Shown here piece after piece: positions 50,761-64,000 of a stretch of 64,000 nucleotides of DNA (positions within the stretch are counted from its first letter, which is position 1; each line of letters starts with the position of its first letter). Made by a program: the position numbers and the translations under genes. This stretch comes from Cetorhinus maximus. Its lineage: Eukaryota. Below the pieces are notes generated by a model. The model was given only the letters and a program-made list of their open reading frames with translations, had not been told where the DNA came from and searched no databases. The stretch spans positions 12,586,001 through 12,650,000 of the forward strand of contig NC_135909.1 of assembly GCF_964194155.1 (NCBI RefSeq), written 5' to 3'.

Positions 50761-51649
50761 AGCCTAACACTTAGTGAAATTTTGGAACTGGTATTTAATG
50801 TGTAGCTCACTCTACATTCTGAGGTGCTGAGTAGCAATTCATCCTGCATATTACAATAGGGTAAATGTTGTCTGACGTAGTTAATAATTAGTATTTAATT
50901 TGTGGCCGAGGTGACACCGTGTATTTAAATCGAATAGTGGCTGTGCTTTTGCCCTGGGATTGATGTATCTAGTCCTCAGGTGTACTGGTTTAAGGTAAAC
51001 AACTTCTCCCAGCAATGCTCTGTTTGACTCTTATATTGAAAGGGCGACTCTCAATCTTGGGATCTGTGTCGGTCTCTATATGTTTCATTTTGGCCTAAAG
51101 AGCTGGCAGTATCTCGATGCTTTGTGAGTGATATTGTACTTACTGGAACCATCAGGCTGCACTTTTCCATGTTTCGAAGAACCATCTGGTTCATTCAATT
51201 CTTTCCGTGCACGCAGAAAACATAACTCCTTCACCTGAAGAATAGATGAAGTAGAAGATACAAAAGTGATCAAGGTATTTTTTAAAATAAGTGTTATTAT
51301 AATGAACAATAAACAAAGCAAAACTATCAGCATATCAGTATCTGACCCCACCACAGTACTGCAGCAATCTGTTTCTGCTTATCTGCTATTTTGAGCGGTT
51401 TTACAACAATGTTATGACATTCAGAAACAACCCGTCCTGTGCACAGGTCCTTGAATTAGACTATCCGATGGAGGAGTGACTTTCGCAAGGGTCAGATTCC
51501 GATTTGCTGCTCCATTCGAACTAACTGTACACCCGGAAACAAGCAGGTACAGTTTAAAATGTCTCTTTCACACTTCTCACCTGGTGCCTGAAATTGATCT
51601 TCTTTGTGTAACTGGAAACATTGTTACTGTGCGGCTATTTTCCCCGCCA

Positions 51650-52270
51650 TTCTCTGTCCAATAACAAGGGACAGTGGGAGCCGGAACTAAGCCAGGAAGC
51701 TTCACTCGGGTTTGGGGAGAGAAAGCAGCAATGATCTTCAATGGCGAGTTCTTCTCACTCTGTCCAGACACTGCTCGAGAATGGCCTCTCCCTTCCCCCC
51801 GCTCACTCCATGTTCCGGGAGCAGCTCGTGTTCCAGGGAGCCCATTAAAAACAGCCGCCGCCTCCGCCTCAGCTGCCCGGACACTCAATGCCAATCTCTG
51901 AGCATATCTGCGGACGCGGCTCCAAACCGATGCGCTGCTTTAAGCAGATGCTGTTTGTTCACTTCCCTCTGGGGCGGTGATGTCTCCGATCGCTGCTGAA
52001 TTAAACCCTATTCCGCTCAGAGTGAATGACGCTCTCGGCCATTGTTGGGGGAGGGGTTGCGCATGCGCTGTTATCCTCATTGTGACGGAACCGCGGACGT
52101 GTTAAAACAGCGCATGCGCAGATCGTCCGCAGCGACAATTCAGCTGCTAAAATCAATGGGAATTGTCCCCATTTCACTCTCATCATAGAGAGAACAAAAT
52201 CTCCGAACCTGTGTCGGCGCGGGGGGCAAGGGGCGTTGGGTGCGAGTGGACGTGTGGCGGTGGTACACTG
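51650..52270 (-). promoter_or_regulatory. CpG island with two NRF1-type motifs and a YY1-like motif
   Basis: TGCGCATGCGC at 52058-52068, GCGCATGCGCA at 52110-52120; minus-strand AACAATGGCCG at ~52036-52046; high CpG density. Confidence 0.6.
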
Positions 52271-52690
52271 GTGGGTAAAGGCCGCTTTACAACATCAATT
52301 TTAACACAGGAGATTCCCCCAAACAGCTTGTAAAATGCTGGAACCGTGTGTGTATGAGGATGGTGATGTTACTGAGGATGATTCCTGTTTTAGAATAGAC
52401 TGTGTTTAGGTCGGAATATTACTGAGTGTTAATTATAACGAGAGCATATTTCAAAGCTCCGGGTTTGCGGAAACTCCTGTCTGTGAAGCCCGGGTCTGTC
52501 CGGGTTTGTGTCTCGGTTCCATTGGTAATAAACGGGTTGAAATTGGCGGTTGCAGAAACTGGAGGAGGAGCTGAAAGATCAGGGGCTGTTCTCTCTCTGT
52601 CTGTCACTCCGGATCTCTCCCCCCTCCCGCTCTCTGTTTAATCTTCATTCTGTCTCCTCCCCTCCCTGCTCTCAAACCGCCTTTTTCACT

Positions 52691-52714
52691 CAGGTCCGGG
52701 CGAGCTGTATAAAA
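52691..52714 (+). promoter_or_regulatory. H4 promoter: GGTCCG subtype element and TATA box
   Basis: CAGGTCCG at 52691-52698; TATAAAA at 52708-52714. Confidence 0.8.
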
Positions 52715-52763
52715 GAGGAACGTGACACAGCTCGTCTCTCATATTCAGCAGCGATCTGAGTGA

Positions 52764-53084
<321 letters not shown>

Positions 53085-53118
53085 ACAGCTCGACCCTTTC
53101 TACCAAACACGCAACAAA

Positions 53119-53134
53119 GGCTCTTTTCAGAGCC
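53119..53134 (+). terminator. Histone 3' stem-loop (H4)
   Basis: GGCTCTTTTCAGAGCC followed by ACCCA and purine-rich HDE AGAGAGAGC. Confidence 0.97.
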
Positions 53135-53211
53135 ACCCACCACCTCACAGAGAGAGCAGAGACCTGGGAACGGGAGCTGGGATGGGCTGTGATCGGGAAT
53201 GTTAGTGTCTG

Positions 53212-53358
53212 AAACAAACAAGATCTCTGAAGAAGAGTCATACAGACTAGAAGGGTTTAACTCTTTTCTCTCCACAGATGCTGTCAGACCTACTGAGGTT
53301 TCCAGCATTTTCTGTTTATATTTCAGACTTCCAGCATCCGCAGTATTTTTCTTTCATT
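53212..53358 (+). mobile_element. Penelope-pLTR-derived short insertion
   Basis: CTGAAGAAGAGTCATACAGACTAGAA...CAGATGCTGTCAGACC...CCAGCATCCGCAGTATTT; flanks TTAGTGTCTGA / TTAGTGCATGA. Confidence 0.75.
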
Positions 53359-54158
53359 TTAGTGCATGATTTGTTCCGGGTTTCGGGGGGATGTACTAAG
53401 TCCCTCAATTTAATCGTTATTTATTATCCTGGATGGCACATTCTCCACTGACGCTGAAAAGCCGCTCCACTACACATTTTCGAAATGTTTTATTTTAGGT
53501 AACACCAGCCGTTCAATGCGTCAGTGGTGTATGAGGTTACAATCAGATCAGCCATGATTTCACTGAATAGGTTCAGGCTCGTGGCTGAGTGGCCTCCTGC
53601 TCCGAAACCCAATGTTCGGACGGATGTTCGTGAAGTTACTGACAGGGTTTGGGAAACAGCAGTTTCAGCTCAGCCACTCGGCGACCTGGAATTCCCGCAG
53701 TCTGAGCGACTGCAGCCGGACTCTAGCTCTGATTGGTCAGCCTCTTCCTAGTCTAATTCTTAACCAATCGCTGAGTCAGGGAGAAGAAATCGAAAATTAT
53801 GATTGATTTACTTTTTTTTGCATTCGAAAAGCCCGCCAATTCCAGTGTTGGAAAATGCAAGATAATCTTAATTTTCAGGCAACAATTTTTAATCTCTCAC
53901 TTTATGATCTGTTATACTGCGCTCCCTGTCACAAGATCTTGGCGCTATTTTCGGAGCTATTTTCAGAATTTGTCATCTCCTTTCAGGAACCGGGATCTGT
54001 CAGGCCGGGAATAGCGGGAGAATCGAGCCGGTCACTTTCTCCGCTCATTATCGTCATGAACAGCCCAGAATGAGGGCAATGGGAAGGGATCTGAAGCCCC
54101 CAGCACCGGTTCCATTTTATTACCCACTCCAGACCTCTAAGGGAGCGGCGATTTTTAG

Positions 54159-54352
54159 GATAAAAACAAAAAACTGCGGATGCTGGAAATCCGAAACAAA
54201 AATAAAAATACCTGGAAGAACTCAGCAAGTCTGGCAGCATCTGCGGAGAGGATCTGTTGAAGAGTCATAGCGACTCGAAATGTTAACTGTGTTCCTCTCC
54301 GCAGATGCTGCCAGAGCTGCTGAGTTTTTCAAGGCATTTTTATTTTTGTTTC
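54159..54352. mobile_element. Foldback Penelope-pLTR-derived element
   Basis: Inverted arms around CTGTTGA-AGAGTC-ATAGC-GACTC-GAAATGTTAAC; imperfect TSD GGCGATTTTTAG / GGTGAATTTTAG. Confidence 0.8.
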
Positions 54353-54672
54353 GGTGAATTTTAGGGTTGGTTGTGCTGTAGGGAGCAATGGACAGTCCGT
54401 CAATTTTTGCCTGCGAAGTCCAGCACTGACTTTCCACAGTTCAAACAACAGACTGGTGTTTCTGTCCAAAAATAAGCAGGTTCATCAGGATGATGCCGGG
54501 TTTAAAAATTGTTGGAAGAGGTTAAATGAACAGGAATTTCATTCGGGTAAGGAAATATTGAATTGCAGTGAAATGGTATTTTTAATTTTTAAAAATTGAG
54601 GAACAAAGTCTTCTGATATCGAGTCGGTCAACGGCTGGAAATAAAGGCCGAATTTTTGAAATGGGCAATTAA

Positions 54673-55278
<606 letters not shown>

Positions 55279-55307
55279 AACCCGGCTTCAGCACCAAGTA
55301 CAACAAA

Positions 55308-55323
55308 GGCTCTTTTAAGAGCC
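55308..55323 (+). terminator. Histone 3' stem-loop (H3)
   Basis: GGCTCTTTTAAGAGCC; HDE AAAGAGCTG at 55340-55348. Confidence 0.97.
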
Positions 55324-56047
55324 ACTAAATCGACAAATGAAAGAGCTGCAATCTCCTGTTGTCCACTCCAGGACTTAGACATCGCGAAGATACAATTTGC
55401 TCCCTTGCATCAGTTTATTTTTCTTGTCTACAAACCTCTTTTGTGGGATTGATAATCACAGACGATGCAGTTGTAAATTGTAGCGCAGATGGTATATTAA
55501 TTTCAGCAGAAAATTGGGACTGCGGTCACCTTAGTGCTGTAGGTCACTTCCAATAAATAGCGGCTGTGAAAATGTATTAAATACTGCGAGCAGACATCAA
55601 TCCCAAGCAAAGGGTGAGCTGCGGGTTACAAGTCAGTGCTCATGATGTCAATAAAGGCAATGCCTCAAGCAACAAGAGGTGATGACTCCGGTGCACAGAC
55701 ATAGAATCAAAGAATTTGCACAGCACGGGAGGCCATTCGGCCCTTGCGCATGTCTGCATCTGCTCTCCAAATGAGTGTTATGACCTAATGCTTCCCCCCA
55801 TCCCCCATTCCTGCACATTTTTTCTATTCAAATAATCATCTAATACCCTCTTGAATGCCTCTATTGAACCTGCCTCCACTACACTTCCAGAGAGTGCATT
55901 CCAGTCCCGAACCACGCGGGTGGAAATGTAATTTCTCTGTTGATGCGAGTTGGTTGTCCTTGCGGATCATTAGAAACGCTTCACCATTACTGAAATTCGG
56001 CACGCAGCAGACAGACAATAGATCACCCTTTCACAGACTCTGTGAGT

Positions 56048-56063
56048 GGCTCTGAAAAGAGCC
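56048..56063 (-). terminator. Histone 3' stem-loop (H2A)
   Basis: Reverse complement GGCTCTTTTCAGAGCC; HDE GAAAGGGTG downstream. Confidence 0.97.
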
Positions 56064-56093
56064 GTTGGCTTATCAGATAAAAGAATGGCCGCT

Positions 56094-56495
<402 letters not shown>

Positions 56496-56543
56496 TCACA
56501 AACACTTTAATAGAGAATGAGGAAATCCTCTCACATTCGCTTC

Positions 56544-56750
56544 TCTTATAGCTTCGGGAGGAATGGTGCTGCGGGCATTGCTTGATTGGTCACTTTGTGC
56601 TGCGTCTCATAATGTTGTTCATATCACCAATCAGATATCTACTGAACTCACCAATCCGGAGACTTGACGGAGTGAGGGCGGAAAAAAACGGCGCCAAATT
56701 TTGAGATTCCAACCGATCTTTTTTTCAAATTTTAAAAGCCCGCCAAATTT
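56544..56750 (-). promoter_or_regulatory. H2A promoter: TATA, CCAAT boxes and E2F-like sites
   Basis: TATAAG (-) at ~56546-56550; ATTGG at 56585, CCAAT at ~56627 and ~56651; GGCGCCAAA at ~56690 and CCCGCCAAA at ~56739. Confidence 0.65.
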
Positions 56751-56799
56751 GTAAAAAAAAAAGCCAAAAAAGAACGGATCGAACATAGTACTAATTGGA

Positions 56800-56897
56800 T
56801 AAAAGCAAAATACAGACGATGCTGGAAATCTGAAACAAAAACAAAAATACCTGGAAAAATTCATCTACGGAGAGGAACACAGTTGACGTTTCGAGTC
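56800..56897 (-). mobile_element. Truncated Penelope-pLTR-derived insertion
   Basis: GATGCTGGAAATCTGAAACAAAAAC...AGTTGACGTTTCGAGTC; TSD CTAATTGGA on both sides. Confidence 0.75.
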
Positions 56898-57738
56898 CTA
56901 ATTGGAAATGGTTATTCAGTATTTAGTATTCGAATGTTACATTCTCTTCATCTCTCTCTCTCTTTCCCTGGATTACAGTTTTTTGTATATTTCAATTTCT
57001 GATTTTCTGTCTGGGTTTATGTGTATCTGAAAACAAGTCGAAAATAACGGCGCAAATTTACGGAATGTATTTTTTTAATTCGACATCGATATATTTATAA
57101 AACAAGAAATACATTTCATATAGAAAATCCAGTTAATAGTGAACACGGTCTGACGACAAAGTTTTAAAAATGTCCGTCCCTAATGGGACTATTTCACATT
57201 TTATCCTAAATTCCGGATTCGCTTTAAGAATCCGGCATCAATTCTAGATAATCTCGATCCGTCATGAAACCTTCTAAGCAGCCGGCTGAAAGTGCCATTT
57301 ACACCGTTCTGCTGATAGACGGGAAATTGTAGATATTTGGGACAGCCAAAATTGAACATACTTGGAGTCAATTTGCCAGCGTCGAGACTGAAGTTTGCTG
57401 CACAACCGGTGTTAATAGGAAATCAGTTGATCGATTATTGAGGCGAAACTTGAACCGAATTGGAACCTGAGGCATTTGCGTTAAATTCGCTCTCTCTCCA
57501 AAACCAGGGACAGGGGTCGAATATGACGCGTCTTAAAACAATCGCTTCGTGAGCGGCAAGTCATTAATTTATGGGACATCATTAACGAAGCCCAACAATT
57601 GAACGAGTTAAATCTACGTTACCGAGAATCTGATTGAAACGTGATCAAAATAATAATTTCAAAATTCGAAATGCTCCATAGTAAAATCATAACTTGTAAC
57701 TAAAGAAATCATATAGCTTTTTCAGAGAGATTGTGGGT

Positions 57739-57754
57739 GGCTCTTAAAAGAGCC
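57739..57754 (-). terminator. Histone 3' stem-loop (H2B copy 1)
   Basis: Reverse complement GGCTCTTTTAAGAGCC followed by ACCCA; HDE GAAAAAGCT. Confidence 0.97.
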
Positions 57755-57793
57755 GTTGTGTTGTGAATGTGTTTTTCAGTCAGTTCGGGGGTC

Positions 57794-58168
57794 TTACTTG
57801 GAGCTGGTGTACTTGGTCACCGCCTTTGTCCCTTCCGACACGGCGTGCTTGGCCAGTTCCCCGGGCAGCAGCAGGCGCACGGCGGTCTGGATTTCCCGGG
57901 AGCTGATGGTGCTTCGCTTGTTGTAATGGGCCAGGCGGGAAGCCTCACCCGCGATGCGCTCGAAAATATCGTTCACGAACGAGTTCATGATGCTCATGGC
58001 CTTGGAGGAGATGCCGGTGTCGGGGTGAACCTGCTTCATCACTTTGTAGATGTAGATGGCGTAACTCTCCTTCCTCGACTTTCGCCGCTTCTTGCCGCCC
58101 TTTGCTACCGGTTTCTTTAAGGCTTTCTTGCCTCCCTTCTTGGGAGCTGGTTTCTTCTCATCAACCAT
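57794..58168 (-). CDS. H2B: Histone H2B copy 1 (124 aa)
   Basis: [19 protein letters not shown]...[23 protein letters not shown]...KYTSSK; the ATG lies downstream of the TATA/octamer-like promoter. Confidence 0.98.
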   Translation of the reverse strand: MVDEKKPAPKKGGKKALKKPVAKGGKKRRKSRKESYAIYIYKVMKQVHPDTGISSKAMSIMNSFVNDIFERIAGEASRLAHYNKRSTISSREIQTAVRLLLPGELAKHAVSEGTKAVTKYTSSK

Positions 58169-58211
58169 CGTCACTTTCAGACACAGAATAAAACGAACCA
58201 CTTCCGAGCGC

Positions 58212-58370
58212 CGATTAAATAGACAGTCTGACAGACCAATGCTAATGAGGAATGGGGAAACGATGATTCTGATTGGACATTTAATAAAATACAACAGCCA
58301 CTTATTTTGTACTTTTCTCTGTTTGCATTTTTAAAGTGGCCAATCAAATTTCGACTTCTCGACCAATCAT
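58212..58370 (-). promoter_or_regulatory. H2B promoter: TATTTAA, octamer variant ATTAGCAT, CCAAT boxes
   Basis: TTAAATAG at ~58216; ATGCTAATGAGG at ~58239-58250; the same motifs occur at 63171-63207 before copy 2. Confidence 0.75.
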
Positions 58371-58659
58371 TAGCCCTTTTACGACAATCAGGAAATATAT
58401 TCTATCAGGATTCTCTCCAGTCCCAGTTTCTCAGTTTGTGAAGATACACCGGGAATTGTTGTCTGGCTGTCGGTGCGAGGGGCCTTTCTCCACAGAGGGA
58501 CTGCACGGAAATGCGGGATTCCTCCCGGAACTCTTGTAACTTGTGCGACTTACTCACTGGGATATTGTGTATGTGTGTGTGAGTGGTAGGGGGTTGGAGT
58601 ATCGGGAGTGAAATTTGTTCTTGAGGCTGTGGTCCGCTGTAACAAACACTCACACAGTC

Positions 58660-58820
58660 ATAAAAACAAAAAAACTACTGCGGATGCTGGAAATCCAAAA
58701 CAAAAACAGAATTACCTGCAAAAACTCAGCAGGTCTGGCAGCATCGGCGGAGAAGAAAAGAGTTGACGTTTCGAGTCCTCATGACCCTTCAACAGAACAG
58801 AGTCATGACTCTTCAACTCA
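58660..58820 (-). mobile_element. Penelope-pLTR-derived insertion with hammerhead-like motif
   Basis: Minus strand GTT-CTGTTGA-AGGGTC-ATGAG-GACTC-GAAACGTC-AAC. Confidence 0.8.
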
Positions 58821-58949
58821 CGCACACACATTATTAAAGAATGGGAGTTTCAGAATGATTCCCAAATTTAGATTCAGGACCATTGAACTATATTAAAATA
58901 ATCCCATAATCAAACCATGTATGATATCCTGACAGTTATAGAAAGAATC

Positions 58950-59610
58950 TTCCATCCACAGCCACACGTGTTACCAGTGACTGACAAATACAGCCAGAGT
59001 CCTACACGTAAACTCAGCACCAGAGGCTGAGTAATACAGGATTAATTACACATATACACAGAAATAAAGACAAAAACATCCCCACACAGACACTCTACCA
59101 GAGACTAAGAGATAGAAAATGAATTTCCAGTACCACTGAACAATTCAGGTTGAGTCCCAAAAGCTCAATCTGTACCAGAGCCTGATAGATACAGAAAGAA
59201 TGCCTTACAAACAGGCCAAAGCTTCACAGTTACATAGTCAGACATCAATTACCAAAGACTGGCAGTTACTTAAGGAGAAAACACTCACAGTATCACGAAG
59301 TGGTAAATACGGAGTCAATTCCACAGTCACACATCACAAAGTCCAACAGATATGGAATGAATCTCTCACATGTACAGTGTCAAAGACTGACATGCAAATT
59401 TCACATTCAAATGTCATACTAATAGAATGGAAAATTGAGAATGAATCACATACTCACATTCAGGTTCATGAATCACAGATAAAGTTTGAATCACACATTC
59501 ACATCGCTTGCCAGGTGCCAACAGACATACAATTGATCCCAGCTTTATATATAGTACCAGAGACTGACTGGTGCAGAATACACCTGAATCTCACATCGAG
59601 CAGAATAGAT
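58950..59610 (-). repeat. Degenerate ~45-bp array, reverse orientation
   Basis: Recurrent GTACCAGAGACTGACA...ATACAGAATGAATC, the reverse complement of the 45-50 kb unit. Confidence 0.7.
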
Positions 59611-59629
59611 GGACTGATGCATTAAACCT

Positions 59630-60740
59630 TCAGAAATAGGAGCTGGACTTGGCTATTTGGCCATTCGACCTCCTCCATCATTCATTCAGACAGATGTTCT
59701 ACCTCAACTCCACTTTGCCGCACTCTCCTTATATCCCTAGTATCCAAAATCAATTGACCTCTGTCTGGAACATACTCAATGGCTGAGCTTCCAAATCTCT
59801 CTGGGGTGGAGAATTCCAAAGAATCTCAACACTTTCAGTGAAGACATTTCTCCTCATATCATTCCAAAATGGCCAATGCTGTGATCTGAGATGGTGACCA
59901 CATGTTGTAGATTCCGGAGCCAGGAGAACCATTTTCTTAGCATCTACCCTGACAAGCCGCTTAAGAGTTTTATTTGTTTCATTTAGATAACCTGTATTCT
60001 TCTAAAATCCAGGGAATATAGACCTAGTCTCCTCAATCTCCCCTCATAAGAAATCCACTTGTCACAGAAACCAAGCTAGTGAACAATTATTGCCCTCCCT
60101 CTAAAGCAACTATGCCCTTCCTTATGTAAGGAGACCAAACTGCACACAGTACTCCAGGTGTAGCCTTAATTGTGCCCTGGATAAATGGAAGATTTTTCAC
60201 TCCTGTAATTCAAACCTTTGGAACAAATGTGAACATAACACTTCCCTTCCTATCTGCTTGCTGTACCTGCAGTTTTACTTTCTATAATTCATGTACAAGG
60301 ACACCCAGCTCCCTCTGAGTGCAAACGTGTTCCAGTCTCACATTCAAACATGTTCTTTTTCCCCCCTTCAAAACTGGGCCCACCCACACTACCATATTGT
60401 ATTCTATCTGCCATGTTCTTGACAACTCAGACAACCTGTCTAAATGCCTTAGCAGGTTTTTTGTGTCCTCACAGATTAATTTTCCACCAATTTTGTATCA
60501 TCAACAAACTTGAATATGTTCCATTCAGTACCCAACTAAATCATCAATATATGTTGTAAGTAACTGATGGCTGTGTTTTATCAAGAGTAAGTTAGAGCCT
60601 GCCAATCCGAAAATTCCTGTTTATTCCGACACTGTTTTCTGTCCATTTACTAATCCTTGATCCATGCTAATGTTTGATCCCCAATCACATGTTCTAATTT
60701 TGTGTAATAAACTCCTGTGTGGGACCTTTGCAAATTGCTG
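59630..60740 (-). mobile_element. CR1 3' fragment
   Basis: CCAAACTGCACACAGTACTCCAGGTG, GTACAAGGACACCCAG, CTCCTGTGTGGGACCTT. Confidence 0.8.
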
Positions 60741-61979
60741 AGCAAAATTACACCCCCCTCAGATTGCAAGGCCCTGTGTTACCAAAACAAAAGGAGAACC
60801 TTAAATACACATTAAATGACAAAGAGATCAGACAAACAGTACCCACTTGTAAGATCTTGCATGAATCCCAATATTGTACCCATACTACAGACTGAACTAT
60901 GCATTACATACCACTCCCTAAACCTCAGAGTGTCTACAAGCTAGATGAAGCTGATCATACACATCGGGTAATGTATCAGATTGTGTGATATACAGACATT
61001 CAGGGTTGTGTTGACAGAGATGGAATTTTAATCCAAAACTCTGACATAATAACTGATTAATACCCACAGCTATTAACTCCAGTTGAAACACATTTTATAT
61101 TAAACATAAGTCAGGCTTACACTCATGCTACATAGATTAGAATCTCGCAATTGTTACAGCAGAGGGAGGCCACTCAGCCCATCGTATCTGTGCCAGCTCT
61201 CTGCAAGAGCAGCTCAGCTGCTCACATATTCTTCCCCGCAGGCCTGTTTAATTTTCCTTTTGTTCTTTTTCTATTTTTCTTTGTGCAGTGAGCTCAACTT
61301 ATCTATTCACATGCACACAATTGATTCTATTTATGGACAGCGGTCATATCCATTCGACATCCATCCTTTTCCGAGGTTAATAGGCCCAGCTATTCTAAGC
61401 CAGTGCTGATTACTGATGAGGTTTCAACTGCAACATGGATAACTCTATATTGGGATTCATGTATCTGCCATCCCCTTCTCCATTACCCTTTACACTCCCT
61501 GATAGCATGTTTAGTTGCCCTGAGCTGTGTCTGGTACCTATCCCAAAATTCTCCTACTGCAGTATAACTGCTTTCATTGGATTTGCCACAGCAAATGAGG
61601 AAGGATCTACCTTGGTTTGTTTGGTTTTAAACACCACTTTTCAAATTCACTCTCCCAGCGAGAAGCCTGATCTACTAAGGATGTAAATCAGAAATTCAGA
61701 CTTGTATTCTACCTGATTTCCAGGCATTGAAATTAATTTCCAGCCAGATTCCTGTTTTGCACGACCCAGTGGGGAATCTCCTCACTCACAACACAAGGTG
61801 AGATAATTACAGGTCTAAAGAGCAGTTGACAAGTCTGACTTTTTAAACATTTATGTGTATAAAGATTGCTAAATATTTTAAAAAAAGATTGTCAATCTGA
61901 TATGAAAATGTGAACTTAACGCTGAAGTGGAGAAATTTTCAGGTAGACCCAATTCTGCAAACACCTAGAGAGTTAGTAA

Positions 61980-62830
61980 TCACTGGTCCCAGAGATGTAG
62001 AGATACAGAATGAATCTGACATTCACACAGTACCACAGACCAAGAAACACAGAAAAATCTTACAGCCAAAAACTGATAGGGACAAAATGAATCCTTCATT
62101 TCTGCAAAGCATCAGGCACTGAGTTAGAAAATGGCTTCAACGCTTACACAGGGTACCAGAGTCCATCAGAAACAAAATGATTTGCAAGCTTCCATAAAGT
62201 ACCACTGATTGAGAGAGAATTGATCCCACTCATACCAATACTATCCATTGAGGCAAATTCTACATTGTCAGTCTTTGGTGCCGAATGTGACAGTGGGGTT
62301 ACTTCTGTCAAAAATTGCAAGAGATGGACCTATTGAGAATAAATTACACACTTTGAATCAGTACCAGAGACTGACCGATACAGACTGAATTTCACACTCC
62401 CATTCAGCAAAGGATGTTGACAGGTACAGAGTTAATCTCACATTCACACACAGTATCAGATATTGACAGTGAATGAGAAGTTCAGACTCAGAGATAGTAC
62501 CACAGGCTGAAAGACATAGAATCAATACAACTCTGACCTACAATGACAGGGACTGACAAATAAAGAATCTCATTCACATACAGTTACAGAGATTGACATG
62601 TACAGAATAAATCCAATACTTTTCGTGGCCGAGAGAAACACATGCTGATTTAATTCCGCACTGTCTTATAGTCCCAAGGAGCCAATAATTTCACTTACAT
62701 GCACCAATAACGGACAGATGCACAATGAGCCTCAGGATATCAAGTGAATCCAACACTGAGACATGGTCCCATCAAGTCACAGACACAGAAGAAATCCAGC
62801 CCTCGCACACTGTACCACGGCCTTCCAAAC
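61980..62830 (-). repeat. Degenerate ~45-bp array, reverse orientation
   Basis: GATACAGAATGAATCTGACATTCACACAGTACCA at ~62003; CAGTACCAGAGACTGACCGATACAGA at ~62359. Confidence 0.75.
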
Positions 62831-63259
62831 AGTGAAGGAACCCCACTCTCACACACAGAATCAGGGAGTGAATAAATCCCACAATCACAGACTTTACCAA
62901 AGCCTCACAATTCCTGAGGGAACCCCACATTACCGTACAGTCCCTCGCACCGACTGCCAGGCGACATTTCCTGGTGTATCTTTACACACTGAGAAATTCC
63001 GCCTGGAGAGGGTCTTTGTAAAAAGTATTTCCTGATTGCAGTAAGGAGGCCTATGATTGGTGGAGAAAGCTAAATATGATTGGTCGATTTCTCTATCCAA
63101 TCAAATAAATCACAAATTAAGAACTTGTTTTCTTTTAAAAATGTCCAATAAGAATTGTTGTTTTCTCATTCCTCATTAGCATATATCTGTCAGACTGTCT
63201 ATTTAATGAGCGGACGGAAGGGGTTTGGTTTATTTCTGTGGCTGAAATTGAGATTGAAG

Positions 63260-63637
63260 ATGGTTGAAGAGAAGAAGAAACCAGTTGCTAAGAAGGGCGC
63301 CAAGAAAGCGGTGAATAAGCCGTCAGGAAAGGGCGGCAAGAAGCGGCGAAAGTCGAGGAAGGAGAGTTACGCCATCTACATCTACAAAGTGATGAAGCAG
63401 GTTCATCCCGACACCGGCATCTCCTCTAAGGCCATGAGCATCATGAACTCGTTCGTGAACGATATTTTCGAGCGCATCGCGGGTGAGGCTTCCCGCCTGG
63501 CCCATTACAACAAGCGCAGCACCATCAGCTCCCGGGAGATCCAGACCGCCGTGCGCCTGCTGCTGCCCGGGGAACTGGCCAAGCACGCCGTGTCGGAAGG
63601 GACAAAGGCGGTGACCAAGTACACCAGCTCCAAGTAA
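63260..63637 (+). CDS. H2B: Histone H2B copy 2 (125 aa)
   Basis: [37 protein letters not shown]...KYTSSK; core protein identical to copy 1. Confidence 0.98.
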   Translation: MVEEKKKPVAKKGAKKAVNKPSGKGGKKRRKSRKESYAIYIYKVMKQVHPDTGISSKAMSIMNSFVNDIFERIAGEASRLAHYNKRSTISSREIQTAVRLLLPGELAKHAVSEGTKAVTKYTSSK

Positions 63638-63676
63638 AACCCCCGAACGGACTGAAAAACACATTCACAACACAAA

Positions 63677-63692
63677 GGCTCTTTTAAGAGCC
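63677..63692 (+). terminator. Histone 3' stem-loop (H2B copy 2)
   Basis: GGCTCTTTTAAGAGCC; HDE AAGGAGCTG at ~63709-63717. Confidence 0.97.
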
Positions 63693-64000
63693 ACTCACAA
63701 TCTCTACTAAGGAGCTGCACCCGACATCTTCCTACTGGATTATTATAATATAAAATAACTTCCACTGCTGTTAGTGTCTCCTGTCCTGTAACCCAGACAC
63801 TAACCCTTTAATTAGCTCATCGGCCTTCGCTTTGTGCTGAAAGCGGTTATTCTGTTATCACAGCCTTTAAGTGACCTCATTAGCTGCTGTTTTCAACTTT
63901 AATTGTCCCTTCCCCCAATTCCTGAAACAGTTACTGAGTCATTTTATTAATTTTCCGCAGGGTAACAGCCGGAGTGGGATTATTACAGAGCGGAATAAGA

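Overview
Vertebrate genomic DNA, most likely from a cartilaginous fish (inferred from the repeat families and H2B tail type). The left ~36 kb is a tRNA gene and pseudogene field, assembled from direct and inverted segmental duplications and filled with decayed CR1/L2/RTE LINEs, SINEs, Penelope elements and solo LTRs. The right part (52.7-63.7 kb) holds five intact replication-dependent histone genes: H4+, H3.2+, H2A-, H2B-, H2B+. Each has a 3' stem-loop, and the cluster is bracketed by oppositely oriented ~45-bp degenerate tandem arrays. The most notable result is canonical-position (37/38) introns in tRNA isotypes that, to my knowledge, are normally intronless in vertebrates: one apparently intact tRNA-Arg(TCG) and three tRNA-Pro (TGG, TGG, CGG) copies. 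Also notable are short foldback Penelope-derived insertions with TSDs and minimal hammerhead-ribozyme motifs, and an H2A with a natural K15R change. All calls were made by eye, and repeat boundaries are approximate.
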